A DNA stretch of 64,000 nt, taken from contig OZ360219.1 in assembly GCA_977017645.1 (NCBI GenBank), forward strand, positions 69,564,001 through 69,628,000, read 5' to 3'. Source of the DNA: Torpedo marmorata. Taxonomy: Eukaryota. Positions within the stretch are counted from its first letter, which is position 1; every line of letters begins with the position of its first letter. Below are positions 26,041 through 38,039 of this stretch, one piece after another. The position numbers were made by a program, and so were the translations under genes. A model generated the notes under the pieces. It worked only from the letters and a program-made list of their open reading frames with translations, was not told the DNA's origin and searched no databases.

Positions 26041-26830
26041 TGAGCAGTGAATCCCGGCGTCCCCCGCTCACCCCCGAGATGCCATTCACTCACTTGGGTG
26101 CCTAGGTGGAATCCTTTCTCCTCACCCAGAGCCACTGACTACCCTTTTCAGCAGCTCTGAAGAGATCTTTAACTGCTTGTCGGTGTATCTTTCCTCGCAT
26201 TCCCAACTCCCGGAGTAGCCTTGATATTGATGTGGCTACAAATCCTCTGCAGCCTACTTCAACCGGTCGGACCCTTGCCTTCCAGCCACGTTGTTGCACA
26301 TCAGCTGCAAGCTCAGCGTACCTCAGTTTCTTGAGCTCATGGGCCTCCTCCACTGCATCCTCCCAGTGCACTGTAAGCTCGATGATATAAACGAGGTGGA
26401 GTGAGGCCGACCACAGCACAAGGTCTGGTCTGAGGTTGGTTTCCACGATTTCATTTGGGAAGCAGAGCCTCTGGCTAAGTCAGCCGCCATCTTCCAATCA
26501 TGTGCCCCGCCTAGCCGCCCGGAGTCTGATCTTGATGTGGCGATTCCGGCTTGACCCTCACCTTCCCGGACAAATGCTGTTAACAGCCAGCGGGATGAAG
26601 GGGAAGGTAGAGCGTTAACACTTGTCCGCTGATTTTCCAGCACTGCTGCAAGACACAGTAGCACCTGGTTGTGACGCCAGGTGTATCGGCCTTGAATGAG
26701 ACTGGTGTTGCAGCCCACCAAAATGTGTTTTAGTGTTGCTGAAGTCGGGCAGAGGGAGCATGTGGGGTCCTCTCCATACCACTGGCTGAGATTCATGGCA
26801 GACAGCAAGACATCATATGCAGCCCCAACC
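26041..26830 (-). mobile_element. RLE-type non-LTR retrotransposon 3' fragment (HERO/NeSL/R2 group)
   Basis: CSLC...LKHILVGC knuckle, RYTWRHNQVL, and restriction-like endonuclease LRPDLVLW...IIELTVHWE...KKLRY...PVEVGCRG; frameshifted. Confidence 0.85.
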
Positions 26831-27050
26831 TCACTTTATAGCTCATACCCTCAAACCCTGGCAGCATTCAGGTAACTCTCTTCTTGTTCCTTTCCAAAGC
26901 CTCCACATCCTTCCTGAAATGAGGCAACCCAAACTGTACTCCAAATGGATTTGAATCCCCAGATCCCTCTGTACATCAATGCAATGATTCTGCTATTAAT
27001 TATGTACTTTTCCCTTGCATTTGACCTCTCAAAGTGCACCATCTAACATT
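26830..27050 (-). mobile_element. Short decayed CR1 fragment
   Basis: HFERSN..KY..N and QRDLG-like segments resembling CR1 RT thumb sequence elsewhere in the window. Confidence 0.6.
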
Positions 27051-27539
27051 GTTCAGGCTATTTTTCTTTCGTATGTGTCAGAAATACCTTTACAAAAAAT
27101 GAAGGGTGAACTTTTCTGTTTTTTTGCTTTGAGAAACAGATTAGGCAAAATACCCAGGGATAAAATCTAGACCTGGATCACTGTATAGTGATTGTAGATG
27201 CTTCCATGTTCAAGAGCTACTCATAGGTAAGAGTTTATTTCCCTTTCCTTTTGTATGCACTTTTTTTGTCTTCAAGGGCAAGGACTTACCCTTTGAATTA
27301 AGATTCTCTGCGATGGTGGCTTTGGCAACCGGTGGCCTGTCCTTCCAAGCTTGTGATGGCTGTGTTTGTTTTCTTGAGAAATGCCTTCAATGCATCTTTG
27401 CAAATATTTTTCTAGATTGTCACAGGATTTCTGGCTCTCACATTGCATAAACAATATTAAAATTGTTTTAGGAACCTAGGAATAGGACTATAAAAAGTGT
27501 TCAGTCCAGCAGAGTTGATTCTCAAGGATATTTGTTCTC

Positions 27540-28330
27540 AATGCCAGTGACATTAGCTTTAGAATCAACACAAGTGCAATGATGTCATAAACAGTTACCA
27601 TGGATGTCTTTCTGCGGATATTGTTGATATTACCTCTTCAGACTCTTTTGGTCGATTGGCAAACAACCCAAGTTTTAAATCCATAAGGAAACTTATAGAT
27701 GGTAACCAAGTTATACATCTGGATCATGGTGTCATTTCACAAGTTACAGTGAAGGGAGATATGCTGCAGAAGTTTCCCTGGAGGAGACACAACATTAGAT
27801 CCTGTGCTGAATATCATTATCAAATGATGGCTACCAAACTAAGAAAGAAATCCAGTTGTCTCCAGAATGTGCCTTTCAATGGTGAACTATGGTGGGTGAA
27901 CATCATTTGCTGAGTCTAATGTAATCCATCAAAGCATCTTAGTCTTCAAAGTGTGAGGTCCAAGTTTTCAGAATGTCCCTTAAAGAGATGCAACAGTCCA
28001 GATGAATCTATCCTGGACAGAAAGGCTTGGCACTCTTGTTGCATTGGCTACATCATGTTTCTACTTTTCATCATCCAGGATTTCTGCTTTGCATCTTGTG
28101 CAGAATGTCTAGCCCATAGTATCATATAATTTTATGTAGATCTCAGCCCACCCCAGATATGTGGAACGTCTTGCACCAAAAGATGTTCCATATCTAATGA
28201 AAAGGTTGAAGTAAATCTTCAACAAAAGGTCAGGCATGACATTGTCAAACTTGCTTGTTGTACTACTCCTGGGCTTCCTCGCAGATATAATCGACAATGT
28301 TTACACTGAGCAGCCTTTGCCTCCAAGTGG
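27540..28330 (+). pseudogene. Possible ancient hAT transposase fossil
   Basis: Short motifs in hAT order across broken frames: LAL(D)EST..KQL near 27550-27600, SR*(W) near 28000, LGFLADI and SLCLQ near 28270-28326. No TIRs seen. Confidence 0.4.
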
Positions 28331-31214
28331 GCAGGTTGTAAGTTTCTTCAAGTTACAAAGAGATCAATAAAAATACGGTGACTCTAAAGGATGAACAAGA
28401 AAGACCATGTAAATTTGAGTTTCAGGGAGAAGCTGGAATTTGCTTTCATTTTTTTTTGTACAAAATCCAATCAAGCCGATACATTTACCAAAAAAGTCTT
28501 TATTTATAGGCGACATAAAAAGTGTTGTTTTGAGTTTAATTCAAAGGAAGGTGGGTCTATAAAAGTTATGAATAATCTTTGAGCCAAAGGGAAATTAATC
28601 TGCAGAAAGGAATAAACCATTTAAACCAGCCCCTTAGCAGTAAGCACAAAATGGACATGTAAGATAAGAAATGGGTTGGGTTGTGTCCAGTGCAACTTTC
28701 GTCTGTATGAGTCCCAAGACTATATTTAATTTTTGAGTCCTCATAACTTCACCTATCTGAGGCTTTGCTGGCAACAGATTGAGTAGCCTCAAGATCACAA
28801 GATATAGGAGCAGTAGGCCCATTGGACCATCGAATCTGTTCCACTATTCTAATCATGAATTGATCCAACCTCCCACTCAGCCCCACTCCCCAGCTTTCTC
28901 CCCATAACCCTCGATGGCCTGACTAATCAAATACCTGTCAATCTGTGCCTTAAATACACCCAACGACCTCGCTTCCACAGTCACCTGTGGCAACAAGTTC
29001 AACAGACTCACAACCATCTGACTAAAGAAATGTTTCCACATCTGTGTTTTAAATTGACGTCCTTTTATCCTGAAGTTGTGCCCTCTTGTTCTAGAATTCC
29101 CTACCATGGGAATCATCCTTGCCACATCGACGCTGTCGAGGCCTTTCAGCATTCGAAATGCCTCCATGAGGTCCCGTCTCATCCTTCTGTATGTCAACTG
29201 GTACAGTTCAAGAGCCGACAATCATTCCTCATATACAAACTCTTTCATTCCTGGTGTCATTCCAGTAAATCTTCTCCAAACCCCCTCCAATGCCAGCATG
29301 TCTTTTCTCAAAAAAGGCACCCAGAAATGTACACAGTACTCCAAGTGAGGTTTCGCCAGTGCTTTATAGAGTCTCATCATAACATCCCTGATCTTGTATG
29401 CTATTTCTCTAGAAATTGCATTCACCTTCTTCACCACTGACTCAACCTGGAGGTCAACCTTTAGGGTATCCTGCACGAAGACTCCCAAGTCCCTTTGCAC
29501 CTCAAAATTTTGAATTTTCTCCCCATCTAAATAATAGTCTGCCCGTCTATTTCTTCTATCAAAGTGCATGACCGTACACTTTCCAACATTGTATTTTATC
29601 TGCCACCCCTTTGCCCATTCTCCTAATCTATCCAAGTCTCTCTGCAGCCTTTCGGTATCCTCAGCATCACCCGCCCTACCACCTACTTTGGTATCATCTG
29701 CAAATTTAGCCGCAAAGCCATTTATTCCATAATCCATATCATTTACACAACGTATAAAGAAGTGGCCCCAACACCGACCCCTGCGGAACACCACTGGTAA
29801 CCGGTAGCCAACCAGAATAGGATCACTTTATTCCTACTCTCTGTTCCCTGCCGATAAGCCAATGTTCTACCCATGCTAGTACCCTTCCTGTAATTCCATG
29901 GGCTCTCATCTTGTTTAGCAGCCTTATGTGTGGCACCTTGTCGAAGGCCTTTTGAAAGTCCAATTACACAACATCAACTGCATCTCCCCTGTCTATCCTT
30001 TTTGTAATCTCTTCAAAAAAAATTACAATATGTGAGTAAGGCATGATTTTCCTTTAAGGAAATCATGCTGACTTGGGCCCATCTTTCCATGCACCTACAG
30101 GTATTCCATAACCTCATCCTTGACAATCAACTCCAACAGCTTCCCAACCACCGATGTCAGGCTAATAGGTCCATAATTTCCTTTCTGTTGCCTCCCTCCT
30201 TTCTTAAACAGCAGGATGATATTCGTGATCCTCCAGTCCACCAGAACCATGCCAGACTCCATTGATTCCTGGAAGTTCATTACCAATACCTCCACAATCT
30301 CTACAGCCACCTCCTTCAGTACCCGATGGTGCATTCCATCCGGTCCAGGAGACTTATCTACCCTTAGATCATTTAGCTTCCCAAGTACCTTCTCTCTCGT
30401 GATCTTGACTGCACTCACTTCTCTTCCGAGAGAGTCATGATTAGTATGCTACTAATGTCTTCCACAGTGAAGACGGATCCAAAATATTCATTCATTTCCT
30501 CTGCCATCTCCTGGTCTATCATTACAATTTCTCCAGCATAGTTTTCTATCGGTCCTATATCTACTTTGGGTACACTTTTACTCTTTATATATTTTTAAAA
30601 GCTTTTAGTGTCCTCTGATATTATTTGCTAACCTCCTTTCATAATTCATCTTTTCCTTCCTAAGTTTTTTAAAGTTACCCAGTCCTCTATCTTCCCACTA
30701 ATTTTTGATTCCTTGTATGCCCTCTCTTTTGCTTTTACTTTGGCTGTAACTTACCTCGTCAGCCACAATTGTCTAATTTTTCCCATTTACAATTTTCGTT
30801 CCTTTTGGTCTGTACCTGTCCTGCACTTTCCTCTTTTCTTGCATAAACTCCAGCCATTGCTGATCTGCTGTCTTCCACATTAGTGTGCTTTTCCAATCGA
30901 CTTTGGCCAGTTCCTCTCTCATGCGACTATAATTTCCTTTACTCCACTGAAATACTGACACATCAGACTTTAGCCTCTCCTTTTCAAAGTTCAAAGTGAA
31001 CTCAATCATATTGTGATCATTGCCTCCCAAGGGTTATTTTGCCTTAAGATCTCTCATCACCTCTGGTTCATTACACAGCACCCAATCCAGAACAGCCAAT
31101 CCCCTGGAAGGCTCATCAACAAGCTGCTCCAAAAAGCCATCCCGTAGGCACTCCACAAACTCTCTCTCCTGAGATCCCACACCATCCTGACTTTCCTAAT
31201 CTACTTCCATGTTA

Positions 31215-31463
31215 AAATTTAGACATACAGCATGGTAACAGGCCATTTCAACCCACGAGCCCGTGCTGGCCAATTTACACCCAATTAACCTACAACCCCG
31301 TACGTTTTGAATGGTGGGAGGAAACCAGAGCCCCCAGGGAAAATCCACACAGACAAGGGGAGAACGTACAAACTTCTTACAGACAGCGTGGGATTCTTAT
31401 CCCGGTCCCAATCACTGGCGCTGTAAAGGCGTTGCGCTAACCACTACGCCAACCGTGCTGCCA
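31215..31463 (-). mobile_element. tRNA-derived SINE (HE1/V-SINE-like), full length
   Basis: Reverse complement has GGCAGCACGGTTGGCGTAGTGGTTAGC head, V-domain-like TTTGTACGTTCTCCCC and tail TGCTGTATGTCTAAATTT. Confidence 0.85.
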
Positions 31464-32919
31464 ATCCATCCCCCATGATACTTTCATGTTAAAATCCCCC
31501 GCTGTCCTTCTGATATGGCTTATCTATTTCCAGTTGTATTTTGTAATCCACATGCCAGCAGCTGTTTGGAGGCCTGTATATAACTGCCATTAGTGTTCTT
31601 TTACTTTTACCATTCCTTAACTCAACCCATAAGGATTCCACCTCTTCTGATCCTATGTCTCTTCTTTCCAATTATTTAATATTGTTGCTTACCAGCAGAG
31701 CCACGCCGCCCCCTCTACCTCCCTGCGATACACCGTGTATCCTTGGACGTTCAGCTCCCAATGACATCCATCCTTTAGTCACGACTCAGTAATCACCACA
31801 ACATCCTACCCTTCAATCTGTAGCTGTGCAGTGAGATCAACTACCTTGTTTCTAAAGCTGTTTGCATTTAAGTATAATACCTTCAGACCAGTTTTTGAAT
31901 GTACTGTCTGTCATCACTCCGGCTATTATTTTGTCTCGTCACCTACCTGTCATCCTTGCTGCACACCATCTTTGCTTTACTGCTGTTTCCCCCTTCTTCA
32001 GCCCTAGCACTCTGGTTCCCATCCCCCTGCCAAATTAGTTTAAACCCTCCCGAACAGCTATATTAAACCTGCCCGCCAGGATATTGGTCCCCTTTGGGTT
32101 CAGGTGTAACCCATCCTTTATGTATAGGTCATACCTTTCCCAAACGAGATTCCAATGATCCAAGAATCTGAAGCCCTGCCCCCTGCACCAGTTTCTCAGC
32201 CATGCATATATCTGCCTGATCTCGCTATTTTTGCCCTGACTAGCACATGGCACAGGTTGAAATCCTGAGATTGCCAACCTGGAAGTCCTGCTTCTCAGCT
32301 TCCTCCCTAATTCCCCGTATTCCCTCTTCAGGGCCCTCTCACTTATCTTACCTCTGTCATTGGTACCAACATGTAACACGACTTCTGGCTCTTCACCCTC
32401 TCCCTCAGAATGTTCTGGACTAAACTGGAGACATCCCGTACCCTGGCACCAGGGAGGCAACACATCATCCAGGTGTCTTTATTGGGCTCACAGAATTTCT
32501 TGTCTGTTCCCCTCACAATGGAATCTTCTCTCACTATTGCATGCCTCTTCACCCTCTCTGCTACAGAGTTATGCTCAGTGCTAGAAATCTGGTCCCGATG
32601 GTCATCCTCTGTCAGGTCATCATCCCCAATACTATCTATAAACGATAAACTGGTTGCTAAGGGGAATGGCTACAGAGGTGTTCTCTACATACACACTGTG
32701 GCTCCAATCTATCACTTCCTCACTCTCCATAATGAGCTGTAGGTCATCATGCTGTAGCTCCAGCTCCTTAACACAGTCTCTTAGGAGCTGCGCCTCAGTA
32801 GATTTGGCTCAGATGTGGGCATCAGGGAGGCTCAGTCTCCCAGGAACCAACCCCACATCTGACACTCAACACAGAACACTGACCCTACAGTCATAATACC
32901 AAATCTATTAACACTAATA

Positions 32920-33172
32920 GGGTGGCATGGTTAGCGTAGCAGTTAGCACAACGCTGTTACAGCATCAGCGATCAGGATTCGAATCCTACGCTGTCTGTAA
33001 AGAGTTTGTACATTCTCTCTGTGTCTGTGTGGGCTTTCCCTGGGGACTCTGGTCTTCTCCCACTATTGAAAACGTACCAGGGATTGTAGGTCAATTGGGT
33101 GTAATTGGGTGGCACGGACTTGTGGGCCGAAAGGGCCTGTTACCGTGCTGTATGTCTAAATTTAATTTTTAA
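32920..33172 (+). mobile_element. tRNA-derived SINE (HE1/V-SINE-like)
   Basis: A box, B box GATTCGAATCC, same body and tail as 31215-31463. Confidence 0.85.
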
Positions 33173-34462
33173 AATTAATGTATTGAAGAATATACTCACC
33201 CACACTATACCTTCCCCTCTCACCTGTTCTCGCCGAAGGCTGTTGAGGCAAAGCCTTACCACTCTGATGATGACCGCTCCCTCACTTTTATGGAGATGCT
33301 ACACTTGAACTATGTGTCACCTGATCACACCTCTACCAATCGCCTGTTTTCTTCCTCCAAACGACTCGCTCCCTCCAAACGACTCGCTTCTAGAGTACTC
33401 TGATGCCCTTTTAACAGCTGGCTATTGTCAAGTGCTTCAAACTCCTCTAAATATATATGATCAGACACATTTAAAAATATTAAATTTAATAAATGAATTT
33501 AAAACCTATTAAGATTACCAAATTAAAACAACATTTTCTCTCAAGGGCAATTACACAGTTCAATGGAATGCCATCCATTCTTGATTTGGAGCTCAGGGAC
33601 CAGATGCAAAATGTGCGTGGGCTCGGGACATTTGTGCACTGCCTCTGGAATCAGCGTTAGGTCCCACAGCCAGGCATCCGACCTTCTGATCATCCCTAAC
33701 TTTCGCACTGTAACGTGAAGTCATGAAACTTGGAAACAAATTGCAGCTCGGCAGCTCCTTGCCATTCAGCCCAAATGACTTTCAATCTTGCGACATATTA
33801 CAGTCTGTCACACCAGAAAAAGTTCACAATTGTGTAGAAAGTATAATTTTACTTAGAACAGTTAACCATTACACGTTTTCCAAGCTTAAAGTCCTGCCTG
33901 TTTAATTGCATATCAAAATGTACGAGTGTGCAGCCAAACTAACATTCTATTTAAGGTTGATATTTATAAATTAAATCATGCTCTCAATAGTGGAGATGGA
34001 ACGATCATTCTCAGGCCTGTCTCCCAGTGTTCGGATGTCTGGTTTTTCGTGTGAATAGCAGTCAGATTGCATGTGGGATCCTTGGTTGGAAGCAGAATTG
34101 GTCGCTCAGTTGTCAGAAGTCACATAGAAAATCTGGCTATGTGAAGTAAGTATTGAAACCACAACCTCATGCTTGATGAGCACGATTGGCAAACTGAAAA
34201 TTGAAAAGACTGAAGAAACATTCCTCAAGTTATAGAGGCAGGGCGTGGAGCTGAGTCTCGGGGTCACGGCCTGGGTTTTGGGAGCTGGGAGTTTGTCCTT
34301 GGGGCAGGGGCTCTACTTTACGACTGCGACTTGGCCTTAGGGCTGGGAATCAGCAGCCGTATGTACTCTCGGGGCCGGGAGGGTGCCGCCGGAGCACGGG
34401 GTGGGTGGGTGGCTGGGAGCCAGGGTGGTGGGGGGCCCGGCCCGGTCCTTTCTCCGGTCTCC

Positions 34463-34630
34463 TGTTATGTATACGCCTACAGGCGTATGACGTCATTACG
34501 TCAACGTGATGACGTTCTGACTGATATATACTGTGTGTGGTGGGAGAACCATTTTCAGATTTGTATTAAACGACTAATGAAGCATCATGCCTTTGTTTGC
34601 AGTGTATTTCTTAACATAGAATACATGACA
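34463..34630 (+). repeat. 5' LTR (168 bp)
   Basis: Near-identical to 41512-41662 apart from about 3 substitutions and 2 indels; contains TGACGTCA and ATTAAA. Confidence 0.95.
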
Positions 34631-34633
34631 GAT

Positions 34634-34646
34634 TGGCGGCGAGGAT
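34634..34646 (+). other. Primer-binding site, tRNA-Ser(GCT) type
   Basis: TGGCGGCGAGGAT is one mismatch from TGGCGACGAGGAT, the complement of the vertebrate tRNA-Ser-GCT 3' end. Confidence 0.8.
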
Positions 34647-34794
34647 TCAAACGGACCTCCCCTGGGCTCCAGATCTTGGAGTGAAGATTTAAAAAAGAAT
34701 GTTAGCAGAATTGGCAGGAAGCCCAGAATATGTTTTGTAAACAGTAGATAAGGAAGCTTGTTACAAAAGCTAAAGAAGAAGAGAAAAACTCAGA

Positions 34795-37700
34795 ATGGCT
34801 GAAGCACCGTTTGGAAAGTTCGTGGACTCCGAAGAAAACTGGTATGACTATGTAAAGCGATTTGATCATCACTGTCTTGCCTATAATATTACTGTTCAAC
34901 CGAAAACGATCGCTATTTCTAAGCCAGATGGGAAGTAAGACATTTCAACTGGTAAAATCTTTAATAGCACCTGAAAGACCAGGAACAAAAAGTTATGCAG
35001 AGTTGTGTGGTATAATAGGGGCACATCTAAGCCCCAAACCACCTGTAATGGGAGAAAGACAAAGATTTTATTTCAGAAAACAGAGAACAGGCGAATCGGT
35101 AAGCGAATTTTTGGCTGAATTACGTAAACTTTCACAACATTGTGAGTTTGGTGAATTCTTTTTTTAAAATATTTTATTTTAAATTTTCAAATTTTTCACA
35201 ATAATACAAAATATATAGTAAACATTAATAAATCCAATACAAACAAAATTTGTATTACCGTGGTTCTAACCCCATCTCAACCTACCCTCACTAAAATAAC
35301 CCACCCTCCACCCTTCCCATCCCTTACTCCCCTCCCCTTACTAAAAATAAAGAAAACAGAAAAGAAGAAAGAGAAGACATTGATATTTATCGAAAACATC
35401 CATACGGGTCCACGGCTCGGTGCGAGACATTCAACAGTATTCATTCTTTAAATTTAAGAGAGTCAGCAAGGTCTAGGATGTAGAGCAACACATTTAAATA
35501 TTCATACCTAATAATTGGATGAATGGACGCCAAATTTGCAAAAATATCCCATATTTATTCCTCATATTATATGTTATTCTTTCCAATGGAATACAACTCT
35601 GCATCTCTGAGTTCCATCTGTCCATACTTAAATTTGTATCCGATTTCCAAGTTACTGCTATACATTTCCTTGCTACTGCTAATGCAATTTTTACAAATTT
35701 CAATTGCCATGTAGATAACTTCAATTTTGGTCTAGTTCCTTCCACATTTCCCAATAAAAATAAGTCAGGATTCTGTGGAAATGTGACACCTGTAATTTGT
35801 TTTAACCGGTTTCCTAACTCTATCCAAAAACCTTTAACTTTTGGACATAACCACGTTGAATGTAAAAAGGTTCCCTCTTTTTCACCACATCTAGAACATC
35901 TATTTGATATCGTAGATTTTATCTTATTCAATTTTTGTGGTGTAAGATATAATTGATGTAAAAAATTATATTGTACCAATCTATATCTTACATTAACAGT
36001 ATTAGTCATACTATCTAAACATAAATCCGACCATCTTTTTTCATCAATTAAAACATTAAGATCTTGTTCCCATCTTTGTCTAGATTTATGAAGTCCTCGT
36101 TTTAAAGCTCCCCTTTGTAGCAAAGAATACACTATAGAAGTAAATTTCTTAATATTTCCTTTCCTAATAAGGGTTTCTACCTCACTACAATCTTGTAACA
36201 ACATATCTGGACCTAATTTTTCTCTTAAATAACCTCTTAATTGAAAATAGAAAAAAAGAGTATTATTTGGTATTCCATATTTATTCCGTAATTGTATAAA
36301 TGACATCAATTGATTTCCTTCATAGCAATCTTCTATCTTCTTTATTCCTTTCAGTGACCAAATATTTAAAAATTGATTATCTTTTGTAAATGGTATAAGA
36401 TTATTCTGTATCAAAGGCACTTTGGGTGATATACTTCCTTTCAACCCTATCTCATCATTAACCTTATTCCAAGCATTAATCAAATGTTTTAATAACGGTG
36501 TTTCTTTAACACCTGTCAATAGTTTTGAATTCCATTTGTATATAAATTCTTCTGGTACCTTTTCTCCTATTTCTCCAAGTTCTATTCCAACCCACGCAGG
36601 TCTTTCTTCAGTTTCAAAAAAAGAAGCAACAAATCGCATTTGTGCCGCTCGATAATAATTCTTAAAATTAGGGAGTTGCAAACCTCCCAATTCATATTTC
36701 CATGTTAAACGTTCCATTGAAACTCTTGACATTTTACCTTTCCATAGAAATTTTCGCACTTGTTTATTTAAGTCCTGAAAGAAAACCTGTGGTAATAAAA
36801 TAGGTATAGTCTGATACAAATACTGTATCCTTGGAAATATATTCATTTTGATACAGTTAACTCTTCCTATCAGTGTGATTGGTAAATTAATCCATTTTTC
36901 TAAATCCTCCTTAATCTTTTTAAGTAATGGTACATAATTCCATTTATATAAGTTTTTTAATTTATTATCTGTCCGAACCCCAAGATATTTTATTCCATTA
37001 TGTGGCCATTTAAACTGAGTACTTCTTTTGCATACAGTATAGTCTCCCTTTGTAAGAGGCATAACTTCACTTTTATCCCAATTTATCTTATAACCAGAGA
37101 CTTTTCCATATTCCTCCAGCTTGAAATGCAATCTTTGCAAAGAAGTCTCAGGCTCTGTCAAGTATATTAGAACATCATCCGCAAATAAACTAATTTTATG
37201 TTGCTCTTGACCAACTGTAAATCCCTTAATTGCCAAATCACTTCTAATAGCCTCTGCTAACGGTTCTATAGCTAATACAAATAAAGCTGGTGACAATGGG
37301 CACCCCTGTCGGCTAGATCCTGTTAAACAAAACAAAGTTGATATTTGTCCATTAGTCACTACTTTAGCTTTTGGAGAATTATATAATGCTTTAATCCAAT
37401 CTATATAAGTCTTCCCAAATCCAAATTTCTCCAAAACTTTGAATAGAAAGTCCCATTCCAACCTGTCAAAAGCATTCTCTGCATCTAATGCCACTGCTAC
37501 ACTTGGTACTTTTCTTTTTTGGGCTAAGTAAATAATACTAAGTAACCTTTGGTGAATTCTTAACCGAAGCCTTAAGAGACCGATTAGTTATGGGTTTAGC
37601 AGACCGCAGTGCCAGACAACGATTATTAAGTCAAAAACAAGTAACACTTGATTCAGCATATGAGACAGACTTGGGTTTCGAAATGGCCGATAATAACTTG

Positions 37701-37871
37701 GACATTAGCCAAGGTTATCTGCTAGTGGTGGGCAGATTTTCCCGCCAAGAATGCTTTCGCTGCGGGAAACGCAATCACAGTCCTGATAATTGTTATTTTA
37801 AAAGATCAAAATGCCATCTGTGTGATAAACAGGGTCACAGCAGATCCAAATGTTCAAGAAACAAAGGTTAA
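34795..37871 (+). pseudogene. Gypsy gag, frameshifted and split by an L1
   Basis: ENWYDYVKRF, ERQRFYFRKQRTGESVSEFLAELRKLSQHCEFG|..EALRDRLVMG, and two CCHC knuckles (CFRCGKRNHSPDNC, CHLCDKQGHSRSKC). Confidence 0.88.
35161..37547 (-). mobile_element. 5'-truncated L1 inserted in gag, 14-bp TSD; 666-aa open ORF2 remnant at 35494-37494
   Basis: TSD TTTGGTGAATTCTT at 35147-35160 and 37548-37561. Uninterrupted RT-CCHC ORF, close sister of 20271-25833. Confidence 0.95.
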
Positions 37872-38039
37872 AAGGATAGAAAGAAAGGACTGAAATATGG
37901 AAAGCATTCACCCAGAGTAAGGGCGGTGGAAGAGAAGGATGAAAATACCAGCACCAGCACTGAAACAAACGACTCGGAAGAAGACAAAACAGTGCAAGTC
38001 ATGTATGTTCGTGGATTGAACAATAAAAAAATCGGAATT

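Larger units (their letters stand above)
28790..33520 (-). mobile_element. Near-full-length decayed CR1 LINE (ORF1 SGNH esterase ~32035-32560; ORF2 endonuclease and RT)
   Basis: AKFADDTK, KSPGPDGMH, NYGPISLTS, DHNMIEF, IYRPPN; ORF1 VVLHVGTND and DGLHLN. Interrupted by SINEs. Confidence 0.9.

Noticed and set aside
27120-27460. Possible exons (plus-strand donor near 27227, minus-strand donor near 27289), including CFAP299 exon 2
   Set aside because: No frame resembles the expected LARQLVELGYRG sequence; the plus-strand candidate contains stops. Exon 2 was not found anywhere in the window.
32920-33000. tRNA gene (A and B boxes)
   Set aside because: Continues into a SINE body and tail repeated several times in the window; no full cloverleaf.
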